Shown piece by piece: positions 1-11,183 of a DNA stretch of 64,000 nucleotides; within the stretch, counting starts at the first letter, position 1, and each line of letters opens with the position of its first letter. Location: NCBI RefSeq assembly GCF_036321535.1, contig NC_087436.1:36582001-36646000 (forward strand). Direction: 5' to 3'. This DNA comes from Camelus dromedarius (lineage: Eukaryota). A model generated the notes under the pieces. It saw only the letters and a list, made by a program, of their open reading frames with translations. It ran no database searches and was not told where the DNA came from. The position numbers were made by a program, and so were the translations under genes.

Positions 1-149
1 GTATACTTGCAAAAACATACTAGTAGTTATCTAACTCCAATATTAGGTAAATAAGGAAAATAACCAAATTTAGTACTACTTATATACTTTGCTTTTAATA
101 GGAAAGTTTTTCCCAGTACTGTAACAACCAGATACAAATTTGCACTTGC

Positions 150-338
150 CTGTTGTTACTGTTTCCTTAAGGTCAAGCTGAACCCGCTGCATCTGTGCAA
201 ACTGGTGCAAGGCTGACACAGGATTTATCTCTCCACGTTTGTATTTCATTATAAATTCCTTAGGTATTTTTTTCGGAGGAAGGACAGGATTTGAAATAGA
301 TGAAAGGCCTTTGGAAAGCAATGGTTCTGGAAAATTAC
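150..338 (-). CDS. ADAD1: ADAD1 second coding exon (start of dsRNA-binding domain)
   Basis: ttcttag|GT AAT TTT acceptor; encodes (G)[62 protein letters not shown](G); ends at CAG|GCAAGT GC donor; 189 nt, phase 1-1. Confidence 0.92.
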
Positions 339-1093
339 CTAAGAATAAATATTTATGCTTGTCAATTTGGTTAAATTAAAAAAAGAAGAAGACAAGCAAA
401 AGCACTAAACCCTTCCCTAAAACAGATGATTTTTCCAAGACACAATCATATGTGTTTTTCATTAAAAATAAGTTTCCACTGCTAAAGAAGTGTAACCTCT
501 TACCGGATATATCTTTTGGAGTATTAAGACTGTTTTACAAAGTGCTCTCACTGCCGTATCATAAGGGATATCAAAGAATCATAGAATTTTAGTGAGGCCA
601 AGGCCTTCAGAGGCTCTCTAAGCCATTTCTACACATGACTTCACTAAGGCCTAGAACGTAAGACAGATTTGGGGCTAGGACCCAGTTTCTGCTTCCTATT
701 CACTATTTTATATAAACTTTCACGTTGAATTCAATCGGATTTTTAAAGTATGTTTGTCTCTGCTTTACACAACACTATGTTAAGTGATATGTGGAATATA
801 AACCAGTACAAGTCCAGCTCTGTTCCTTGAAGGGGAAAACACAGCCTCACCTCAAAAAGGCAAGACATGCTGGAAATTGTTTAATCTCATGTGGTAAAGA
901 ACAATTAAGTGAGCAGCCAGGGGAAGAATTTCCACAGTGTTAGGAGTCAAATTCAAGTTTCAGTCGGTACATGGCCACAGGTAAACGGATATATATCCAG
1001 GAAACATTTAAAGCAGAGGCTCAATAAAACTTACTGGCCATCCCAGAATCTTAAAGAACACAGGCATTATGACAAATGTAAAAGGGTTTGTAC

Positions 1094-1265
1094 CCGTCAC
1101 TTGAGTAACCTTGGATGCCATATTCGACAGGCTGTAACTCTCCGAGGAGTATCCTGCAGGTATAGATACCGTCTGGGCTGATGGCTGAACTGGCAAGTTC
1201 TTTTTCAGCATCTGAGCAAAGCTAGGGACCCGAGAACCCTGAAACCAGTCGTTGTTGCCAGACAT
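1094..1265 (-). CDS. ADAD1: ADAD1 first coding exon (acceptor at 1273, ATG at 1265)
   Basis: [29 protein letters not shown]...MASKVTQVT(G) matches the recalled ADAD1/TENR N-terminus; tttgtag acceptor 8 nt before ATG; G|gtacaa donor in phase with next exon. Confidence 0.93.
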
Positions 1266-1412
1266 TTTCTCACCTACAAATTATAAGAAAATTGGCAGAA
1301 AACAAACAAACAAACAAAGCCCAAGGTACTAGGTAGAATAAAAATACCCTGAAATAACCACATTCCCATAAACAGCCTTTACATACACACTCACAAGTCA
1401 AAGCTTCTTAAC

Positions 1413-1420
1413 TGACGTCA
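1413..1420. promoter_or_regulatory. Perfect CRE palindrome TGACGTCA
   Basis: Exact 8-mer about 140 bp upstream of the ADAD1 ATG exon; function inferred only. Confidence 0.4.
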
Positions 1421-1599
1421 TGACTTCTTTGTGACTGGAGTCTTTCAGGTTTTTTGTTATTATTTTTTTTTTTACAGAACTGTCTCCTAAATCCCTCCCC
1501 ACAGTGCTACCACAAAGAGAAAAAAAGAATGACGCGACCTGTGGTGAAGAGCCCTTACACCTACTCGGGGGTCAGGGAAAAAGAAAGAAAAGAAAACAA

Positions 1600-2230
1600 A
1601 AACATGAGACCCGCAGCGGCCTGTTGGCAGCCTCCCAAGTCCCTCCCCAACTCCCACCCACCAAAATTGTCCTTCTTGCCCTGCTGGCCGGACCCCGCAG
1701 GCTGGTAGTTCTGACTGAGCCGCAGACAGGGCCGCAGGCCTGGGGCTCGCCGGCCTGCCGCTGACGACGACGCCGTTGCTTCTCCCGGATGGCCTCAACC
1801 TCTCTCTTCAGACCGCTTGGCGTGAAAGCCACGCGACCAGCGCTGCGTCTTTCAAAAGCGGTCTCGCGGCCTCGCTGCAGGAGCGGGTCAGACGCGCCTG
1901 CGCCTGCCGCATCCAATCACCAACCGCCTCCGCGGCCCGCGCTCCCACCCCTGCGCATGCGCCAGCGCGTGCCTGCCGCGCTCCACGGCCTGCGTCGTCG
2001 CCAAGTTGTGCGACGCGAGCGCCTCGCACGTTCAGGGCCACGTAATGCCCGTGCGGGTCTCGTAGCGTGGGTGCTCAGGCCTATTGGCCACCTTCGGTGC
2101 TGGAGAAGGTGGGTAAGTCGCGCAGTTGGGTTTAGTCACTCTCCTGGCTGATGCCCTGCGCACACACCTCCTTCTCACCCTGCCTTTCCCTCTCCGTCCT
2201 GACAGAGCGCTGTAACGCGGCCTCCTTATC
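1600..2230. promoter_or_regulatory. ADAD1: CpG island / ADAD1 promoter and non-coding first exon region
   Basis: GC- and CpG-rich island in AT-rich DNA; NRF1-type GCGCATGCGC at 1953-1962; CCAAT at 1913-1917 and ATTGG at 2083-2087. Confidence 0.85.
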
Positions 2231-3104
2231 TAGTGGGCTTGGGGGCTGTCCTAGGGAAACCTATATGTGTGGGTGGTTTCTATTCTCTTTGTCCCAATTA
2301 TTCTCAAAGATTGCACCTGTGGACAAGGTTTGGCCTCACGGTGTCTCTCCTGTTTTCAGAAAAAAACACCCTGGACTCCTGCAGGAGCCTCAGTGGTGGA
2401 GCCAAGCAAAGAATAATCAATCATGAAAACAGGTGAGGGCGTTCAGAGCTAATGGCTCTAATATAGAAGTGACAAACCCAATGTAGGTGTTCTCAATTCT
2501 TTACTCTTGTGAAAGTTGAAGGAGGCCCTAGTGGAGGTGTTAGTCGATAGATCGCTGAAAATATTTTAAATGGTAAATTACTAAACCAGTTTTGGCATGT
2601 AGTCCACAAGGACGTCAGGGAATTGACCGACATTGTTATAACAAAATTTAAATACCCCTCTAATTTTTTTTGTGTGTGGTAAAGGTTTCTCAAGGATTAA
2701 ATCACTTTTAAATAAGAAATAGAAAACAGCAATAGAATTGATGGGAATGGCATCCATCTACGGATACATGGGCTAAATGGGAGGAAAAAACAGCCTTATT
2801 TCATTACGCAATGTATTTTCAATAAAAGCGGCATATTTTTCTTTAGTGACTATCAGAATGTGTTATGTTGCTTTGATCCAGTGCTCGTTAATAATTGTAA
2901 CGATAAAAGCCTAGCTTTCTCCCCCTTTAACACTTATAATCTTTTTCTTATAGGAAATTTAAAAATTAAAATGTTAGTGCCAAGAAGTATGCTAAGGATG
3001 GTGAGTAAAACTTAAAAGTACAAAAATATATAATTACATTAGGGTCAAATTTGAGTAGAAACAGAAGCTCAAAAAGTAAAAGGAATGGTTAAAAATTATT
3101 CTTA

Positions 3105-3898
3105 GAAAGCATATATGTATAATATTTTATTTTGAAATAATTTTAGAGTTATAGAAAAGTCATAAAGTTTCTCTATATTCTTCCATCTAGTTCCCCCTAA
3201 TGTTAACGTCTTGCACACCAATACATTTATCAAAACTAAGAAATTAACCTTGGGTGCAATACTACTAACTACACTATATACTTTATTCATATTTCACCAG
3301 TTTTTCTACTAATGTCCACTTCCTGTTGAAGAGTCAGTCCAGGATACTGCATTGCACTTACTGGTCTTGCCTCCTTAATTTTCTGTGGTCTATGATAAAT
3401 TTTCAGTCTTTCCTTATTTTTCTTGACCTCGATACTTTTGAAGAGTCCTTTTTGGATGTTTTGTGAAATGACCCTCAATTTACATATACCTGATGTTTTC
3501 TTATGGTTATACAAGAGTTAAGGATAATTTGGGAAGACTGCTACAGAAGTCAGGTGCACATCTTGTGGCATATCAGAGAGTATGTGATATCAACTGTTAG
3601 TGGCAATGCTAACCTTGAGGACTTGGTAAAGGTTGTGTCTGTCAGGTTTTTCCACTATGAAGTTACTGTTTTCCATTTTCTATACTCTTGTTAGGAGGAA
3701 GTCCGACATACACACAAGGGGAGGGAAATAGAGGTCCACCTCCTGGAGAGAGGAGTATCACAGAATTTGTGAACATATGTTAAAACCACCATATTTATAA
3801 ATATTTTGAGAGAGATAATTTGAGGCTATGCGCGTATCCTGTTTCACCCTGGAGTCTAATTTTCGTTTTGCCTGAAGCAGTTATTACTGTGGCGTTCT
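3105..3898 (-). mobile_element. Old L1 (L1M-type) 3' fragment, resumes at about 7054-7650
   Basis: Typical antisense L1 3'UTR motifs; sequence continues after the younger L1 insertion. Confidence 0.6.
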
Positions 3899-6800
3899 TT
3901 TTTTCTTAGATATGTTTTCTCAGTTAAATTTCTTCTTTTTTATTGAACTATAATGGACATATAACTTTATATTAGTTTCAGATGGAAAACATGATTTGGT
4001 ATATGTGTGTATTGCATATTGATCACCACAACAAATCTAGTTAACATTCATCACCACACACAGTTGCAATTTTTTTTTCTTGTGATAAGAACTTTTAAGA
4101 TCTACTAACTTAGCAAATATACAATACAGTATTATTAATTATAATCACCATACTGTGTATAACATCTCCAGGACTTATTTATTTTATAACTGGAAGCTTG
4201 TGCCTTTTGATATTCTTACCTCTTGGTTCTGGTAACCCCTAATCTGTTCTTTGTATCTATGACGTCATTTAAGTGAAATTATATAGTGTTTGTATTTCCC
4301 TGTCTTATTTCACTTATCCTAATGCCCTCAAAGTCAATCCATGTTGTCGCAAATGGCAAGATTTCCCTTTTTTATGGATGAATGATATTCAGTTGTGTAT
4401 ATATACCACATCTTTTCTGTCTATTCCTCCATTGATGGACATTTATGTTGTTCCATGTCTTGGCTATTATAAATAATGCTGCACTAAAAATGGGGGTGCA
4501 GATGCCTTTTCCAGTTAGGGTTTTCATTTCCTTAGGATAAACACCCAGTAGTGGAAATGCTGGATCATATGGTAATTCTGTTTTTAATTTTTGCAGAACC
4601 TCTGTATTGTTTTCCATAGCCACTGAACAAATTTACATTCCCTCCAACAGTGTATGAGGGTTCCCTTTTATCCACATCCTCGCCAACATTTGTTATTTCT
4701 TGTCTTTTTGATAGTAGCTGTTCCATTAGATGTGAAGTGGTTATCTCATTGTGGTTTTGATTTGCATTTCTCTGATAGTGATGTTGAACACCTTTTCATG
4801 TACCTATTGGCCATCTCTGTACCTTCTTTGGTATACACGATTTTAAAAATCAGATTGTTTGATTTTTTTGGTATTGAGTTTCATGAGTTCTTTGTGCATT
4901 TTGGGTATTAAACCCTTATCAGATATATGATTTGAAAATATTTTTTTTTCCATTCTGTAAGTTGCCTTTTCATTTTGTTAATGGTTTTCTCTCCTGTGAA
5001 GAAACTTTATAGTCCTATACAGTCCTGCTTGTTTATCTTTGCTTTTGTTGCCTTTGCTTTGGATGTCAAATTCAAAAAAACATTACCAACACCAAAGTCA
5101 AGGAGCTTACCACCTATGTTTTCTACTAGGAGTTTTTTGGTTTCAGGTCTTATTAGGTTCATGTCTTTAATCCATTTTGAGTTGATTTTTGTATATGGTG
5201 TTAGATAGTCGTCCACTTTCATGTGCCTGATTAGGCAAGTGCCACTGCTCTGTCTTCGAGTACACTGATTTTTTCTGCTGTTTCATCTAGTCTGATGAAC
5301 CCCTCTATTGTATTTTTTAGTTCAGTTATTGTATTATTCAGCTTTGTCGGTTTTATTTAGTACTTTCTTGTATTTTCTATCTCTTTGTTGAAGTTCTCAC
5401 TTTTTTAATCTATTCTTCTGAGCTTGGTAAACATTTATCTTATTTTGTACTGTTTCTCAAATAAATCACTTATCTTCCTTTTTATTAAGGACTTTTTCTA
5501 AGGTTTTATTTTGTTCTTTCATTTGAAACACATTCCTTTGTTTCTTTGTTTTTCTTGAGTCTCCAGTTCACTTCTATGCATTAGAAAAAACAGCCACCTC
5601 TTCCAATCTTAAAGGATTGGCCTCATGTAGGAGATGAACGTTATTGTTCAGCCCTTCCCTAGCTCATTCATGGTTGCTTCTCAAAAACTTTGTGGTTGTC
5701 TAAGTAGTTTAGTTTGTTCTTAGTGCCTCCGTATAGTTGAGGGTGTGTCAAGATCTATCAGTGACCCAATGGAGGGAAGATTTTAGTCATTACCTAGATT
5801 TAGTCTGATCGAAAGCTGAATCCTGAGGTAGAAACTTTGAAAGTATGCAAATATACCTCTTTCAGGGGGAGACTGGGTGTTGGGCTTTTCTGTTTGCCCC
5901 CTCTGCACTGAGTCTGGGATGATAGCCAATTAAGAACTTTTTCTTTGTTTACCGCCATCCCATTAAACCCATGAACCCAACCCATGCACTAGCCACCAGA
6001 GCCAGGCTATTAAGAGATGTGTCTTCTGGGGTGCCAGACATGTGCACAGGCTTCTCAGAGAGACACTGGTGATCTGGGGTGAGGCGGGGGAGGACATGAA
6101 GATAGTGCCACCAGCCTAGCCTCCCTGGTCTCTGGAGAGGATTGCAGTGGGCCCTTATATGTGTGTTTAAGTAGAAACCTGCCCCTCAGGCCACAGTATG
6201 AAGATAAACTAATAGGGCTCTTTCACAGTCTGCTGCTTCTCCACTGTGCCCTGGGTGGATAGCCAGTTAATAATTTTGTTGTTACAGTCTTGTGGGACCT
6301 GTGAACATAAGCCCTTCTGAGTTCACCAGAGTCAGGCAATCACGAGGTGACCTCTGGGTGGTATGCACAAAAACTAGGGCACCAGACATTTGCACGAACT
6401 CCTTTCTGGGAGGTACTTGTGACCTGGGGTGAGGCAGAGGGAGGACACAAAGATGGTGCCTGCTGGCCTCTATGATCTTTGGAGAGTATTTAGGTAGACC
6501 CCTAGATGTGTGTTAAATTAGATGCCTTCTCCTTAGCCCAAAGCTTTACGATAAGCAAATAGTCCTCTTTTACAGAAGGACTGGATGTTTCAGTCAGTTA
6601 CCTCAGTGCTGGGCCTAGGATGTAGTCACAGTGAGTCCATGCAAACCCTTTCAGGACTGTTTCTCTGTTCACTATGGCTTTGTGTGTCTTGTGGATGCAA
6701 GCCTTATTGGCTTTCATAGCTAGATGTTTTAGGGGCTCATCTCTTAGGTGCAGGTCTTCAAAGTTGTCAGATGTAGGATTCAAACCCTTTCTTCTTGAGC

Positions 6801-7053
6801 AGAAGCTTGGAGTTGTGAGTTCCTTACTGATTGTGTGCCACCACACTAGGGGTGGGGTTTATGGCAAGATTGTGTCTCAGCCTCTTCTGCCTGTGTAGAT
6901 GTGGGGATTTTTTGGTTGCCCATTGCGTAGGCGTCGCTCAGCTAGTTTTGTGGGTTTTTTCAGAGGAAATTGTTCTATATGTAGCTGTACATTTGGTGTG
7001 TCTGTGGGAGGAGGAGAGTTTGGGATCTTCCTATTTCATCATCTGAACCAGAA
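3899..7053 (-). mobile_element. Internally deleted L1 (3'UTR + ORF2 C-terminus joined to ORF1 N-terminus + 5'UTR)
   Basis: ORF2 peptides KTELPYDPAFPLLGVYPKE and YLTPYTKINSKWIKD on minus; T-rich tail at 3899; ORF1/5'UTR-like sequence from about 5250; degenerate flanking duplication. Confidence 0.75.
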
Positions 7054-7939
7054 CTTCTACTATGATGTTCTAATGGTGATTTTCTATTTCCCTCATTCCT
7101 TCTACATTTATTATTTGTAATATTTATAAGAAAAAATTGTCCCCTTCCCTTATGTATATTCAGTCATTTACACCAGTTTGGAGTCATTTTTAAAATTATT
7201 ACATGGGTATAATCCAGTACTGTTACTATTTTGTTGCTCTGATGTCCCAGCTTCGGCAGCTCTTTCATGTTGACTCCTGTGCCCTTTTGACATCTCCCCA
7301 TTAAAAAAAAAGTATTTCCTTACTTTCTGGCACTATAAGTTGCTTGTATTTTTCATGCCCCAGACCTAAAATTGGCCATTTCTTCAGGAAACCCTGGTTA
7401 TTTTTCATTGGATAATCGTAAAGAGAAGCTAAGATCTTGGAGCTAGTGGTACTTGTTGCTATTGAAGTGTCATTGCTTCCGTGCCTGCACAGAGAACAGA
7501 GCTAATAAATACTAACTCATATATACAGACACATTTGTATTTTGGTATCTATACATAAAGATGTGTTTGTACCTTTATCTTTGTCTGTAATCCAACACCA
7601 CAACATTCATTCTAGAGTTCCCCTTGCTTATGTGTGACTTCTTTCTCTCATACCAGGTGGACTACAATAAAAATGACTTTCTAGTGACTGGCTAATCCCA
7701 TTTTGAATATTACTTTTATTCAACAAATGTGTATTAAGCACTAATTCATAAGGCCTTATCATGGCAAACCTGCACCCAAGTGGATGATTTTTTATATAAA
7801 GATCTTTGAGAATTAGGAGAAATCAGTTATTTTGGGTAATTAAGATGGCCTATGATAGTTACCATCCCCTTCGCATCTAAAACTGTATCAAGTTCTGTTT
7901 TAAGAACTCAGATCAAAACACATTATTTGCAAGCTTTTA

Positions 7940-9815
7940 TCTGTGATGCTTTTGGTTTCTTCATCAATCTGAGCGAGAGCCTTGCTGGGTAGAGTATTCT
8001 AGATTGTTAAGCTTTTCCCCTTCATCGCTTTAAATATATTGTGTCACTCCCTTCTGGCATATAAAGTTTCTGCTGAAAAATCAACTGATAACCTTTTGGA
8101 AGCTCCTTTGTATCTCATTTGTTGCTTTTCTCTTGCTGATTTTAATATTTTCTCCTTATCCTTAATTTTTGTTCATTTGATTACTATGTGCATTGGTATG
8201 TTCCTTTTTGGGTTGATCCTGTGTGGAACTCTGAGCTTCCTTGACTTTCCTTTCCCAAGTCAGGGAAGTGTTCAGTTATTATCTCTTCAAAAATTTTCTC
8301 AGGTCCTTTCTCTCTCTCTTCTCTTTCTAGATCCCCTATATTTCAAATATTAGTTTGCAGGCTTCATGTTATCCCAGAGTTCTTTCAAACTATCCTAATT
8401 TCTTTTCATCTTTTTTTTTTTTCTGTTCTATAGTAGTGATTTCCACTGTCTTTTAGCTCACTTATCCATTCTTCTGCCTCATTTAGTCTATTCTTGGTTC
8501 CTTCTAGTATGTTAGTCATTTCAGTAATTTTATTCTTCAACTCTGTGTATTCTTTATATTTTCCAGCTCTTCGCTAAAAACTTTGCTCTGGATCTGTATT
8601 CCTCTTGAGTTCTCTGAACATTTTCTCCATCATTATTCTAAACTCTTTCTTGGATAGGTTGCCTGTCTCCTTATCACTTATTTCTTCTTCTGGGATTTTA
8701 TCCTTGCCTTAGCCTGGAAGACATTTCTCTGCCACTTCATATTGTCTGTCTTTCTATTTGTATTTTTAGGTAGGTTAGTTATATTTCTTGACCTTGGAGA
8801 AGTGGCCCTCTGTGGGAGACATCCTATGCATCCCAGCCTTATTCTCCTCTCTTGTCACCCTAGGGCCAGGATCCATCCAGTCCCTGGGTAGTGTCTGGCC
8901 TGTGTTTATGGATTCCTTCTGCAGACTTTGGGATTGTTGTTTTCTTATTTCTAGTATCTGCTTGCTGGTAGATGAGGCTGGATTAGAGGCTTGTGCAGGT
9001 TTCCTGGCAGGAGGAGTTAGTGCCTCCACACTGCTGGGTGAAGCTTGGTCCTGGTCTTCTAATAGGTAGGACCATGTCTAGGGGCATGTCTAGAGGTGTT
9101 TGTGGGGCTGAAATCCCTCCCAGTATGTTATTTGTCCTTCACTTAAGCCTGCAGGCTATTGGGTGGAGCTAGGTCTTGGTGCTAATGATCCAATCAGGAT
9201 GTCAGCCTCCAGGAAAGCTCTTGTAGATGAACACTCCCTGAATGTCTGCCACCAGCTTTTATGTCCCCAGGGTGAGCCACAGCCCTCTCCTACCTCCCCA
9301 GGAAACCCTCCAAATCTAGCAGGCAGATATGGCCCAGGTTCCTATGAAATCACTGATTCTGCCCTTGGACCTGGTATGTATGAGATTCTGTGTACTCTTC
9401 CCAAGAGAATGAAAGTCTCTATTTCCCCCAGTCCCATGGGGCTCCTAGAGTTAAGCCCCACTGGCCTTCAAAGCCAGATGTCCTAGGGTCTCCTCCTCCC
9501 AATACTGGAACCCCAAGCTGGGGAGCCTGATGTGCGGCTCAGAACTCTCACTCCTGTGGGAGGGCCTCTGTGACTTAATTGTTCTTCAGCTTGTGGGTCA
9601 CACACTCGGGAGCCATGGGGCCCAATTATATCATGAGCATGCCCCTCCTACTATCCCACTGTGGTTCCCTTTTTATGTTTCCAGTTGAAGAAGATCTCTT
9701 TTGCTAGGTTCCAGTCTTTTTTTTTTTTTCCCAATGGTTGTTTAGCAGTCAGTTGTGGTTTTGTTGTAGTCACAGGGAGAGGTGAGCACGTGGTCCTACT
9801 ACTCTGCTATCTTGA
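7940..9815 (-). mobile_element. L1 5' fragment (ORF1 + 5'UTR), cetartiodactyl type
   Basis: Antisense ORF1-like sequence (AEKSTDNL ORF on plus) ending in the typical L1 5' terminus gagcacgtggtcctactactctgctatctt. Confidence 0.7.
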
Positions 9816-9821
9816 CCCTCC

Positions 9822-9967
9822 CCTGGAGTCTCTTTTATAAGGGTACTAATCCCATTCATGATGGCTTATTACTTAATCACTTCCCAGAGGCCCCACCTCC
9901 AATTACAATCACATTGGGAATTAGGTATCGACATATGAATTTTAGGGAGACACATTCAGTCCATAGT
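9822..9967. mobile_element. MaLR LTR fragment (MLT1/MST-like)
   Basis: tcttttataagggtactaatcccattcatga...gaggccccacctcc...acattcagtccatag, recalled MaLR LTR end. Confidence 0.65.
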
Positions 9968-10440
9968 ATATATTTAAATTTAGAAGAAACTGCCAAAACT
10001 TTCTAGAGTGACTATAACATTTTTTCATTTCCACCAACAATAAATGAGAATTCCTATTGCACTGCATTTTTACCAGCATTTGGTATTTTGTTAGTTTTTT
10101 AACTTTTATTTTAGCCATTATAGTAGATATGAGGTGGTATCTAATTGTAGTTTTAATGGGCATTTCCCTAATGTCTAATGATGTTGAGTATATTTTCATA
10201 TATCTTTGCCATCCATATACTTTCCTTAGTTAAGTATCTGTTCAAGTCTTTTACCCATTTTCTAAATGGAAATTTTCTTTTCTAAGTTTTTATTAAGTTT
10301 GAAGAGTATTTATGGATTCTTTATACAAACCCTTCATTGGATATGTGATTTGCATATATTTTCTCCCAGTCTCTGGCTTGGGTATTCTCTTAATAGTGTC
10401 CTTGTAGATGAGAAGTTTTTAATTTTGATAGTCTGATTTA

Positions 10441-10748
10441 CAGGTATACCTTGGAGATACCGTGAGCTTAGTTCCAGATCACTGAAATAAAGCAAGTATC
10501 ACAATAAAGTGAGTCACACAAATTTTTTGTTTCCCAGTACATGAGAAAGTTGTATTTGCACTATAATGTAGGCTGTTAAGTGTGCAATAGCACTATGCCT
10601 TTAAAAATGTGCATAATACTTTATTGTCAAAAAATTCTAACCATCTCCTGACAGTGCAGGGTTGCCACAAACCTTCAATTTCTTAAAAAAACTAAGTAGG
10701 ATCTATGAAGTACAGTAAAGGAGAGCTGTATAAAATGAGGTATTTCTG
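10441..10748 (-). mobile_element. Tigger1-derived non-autonomous element
   Basis: TA|caggtatacct...aggtatttctg terminal inverted repeats; related copy at 43490-43783. Confidence 0.75.
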
Positions 10749-11183
10749 TGTCAATTTTTTCTTTTATGGTTCATTCTGTTGGTATTGTATGTAAAAACTT
10801 ATCACCAAATCCAAGGTCACACATTTCCCCTATGTTTTCTTCTAGACAATTTTATAATTTTAAGTTTTATATTAGGTTTATATTTTTCGAAGTTGAGTTA
10901 ATTTTTTTTGTATAAGTTGTTAAGCTTATGTCCGGCTTCTTTTTGTGTGTGTGCGCCTATGGACATTTAATTGTTTCAGCACCATTCAAGAAAACTGTTT
11001 TTCCTCTATTGAATTTCTTTTGCACCTTTATCAAAAATGACTTTGACATGTTTACGTGAAGGTTATTTTACCTAAAAACACTGGTTACAACTTCCAGTAT
11101 GATGTTGTAGAGGAGCAGTGAATCAGGACATCCTTGCCTTATTCTGAATTTTAAAGGAAAAAAATTTATTCTTTCATCATTAA

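Noticed and set aside
1454..2436. Cluster of overlapping 70-120 aa ORFs
   Set aside because: Expected from the stop-poor GC-rich CpG island; Ala/Arg/Pro-rich with no recognisable domain.
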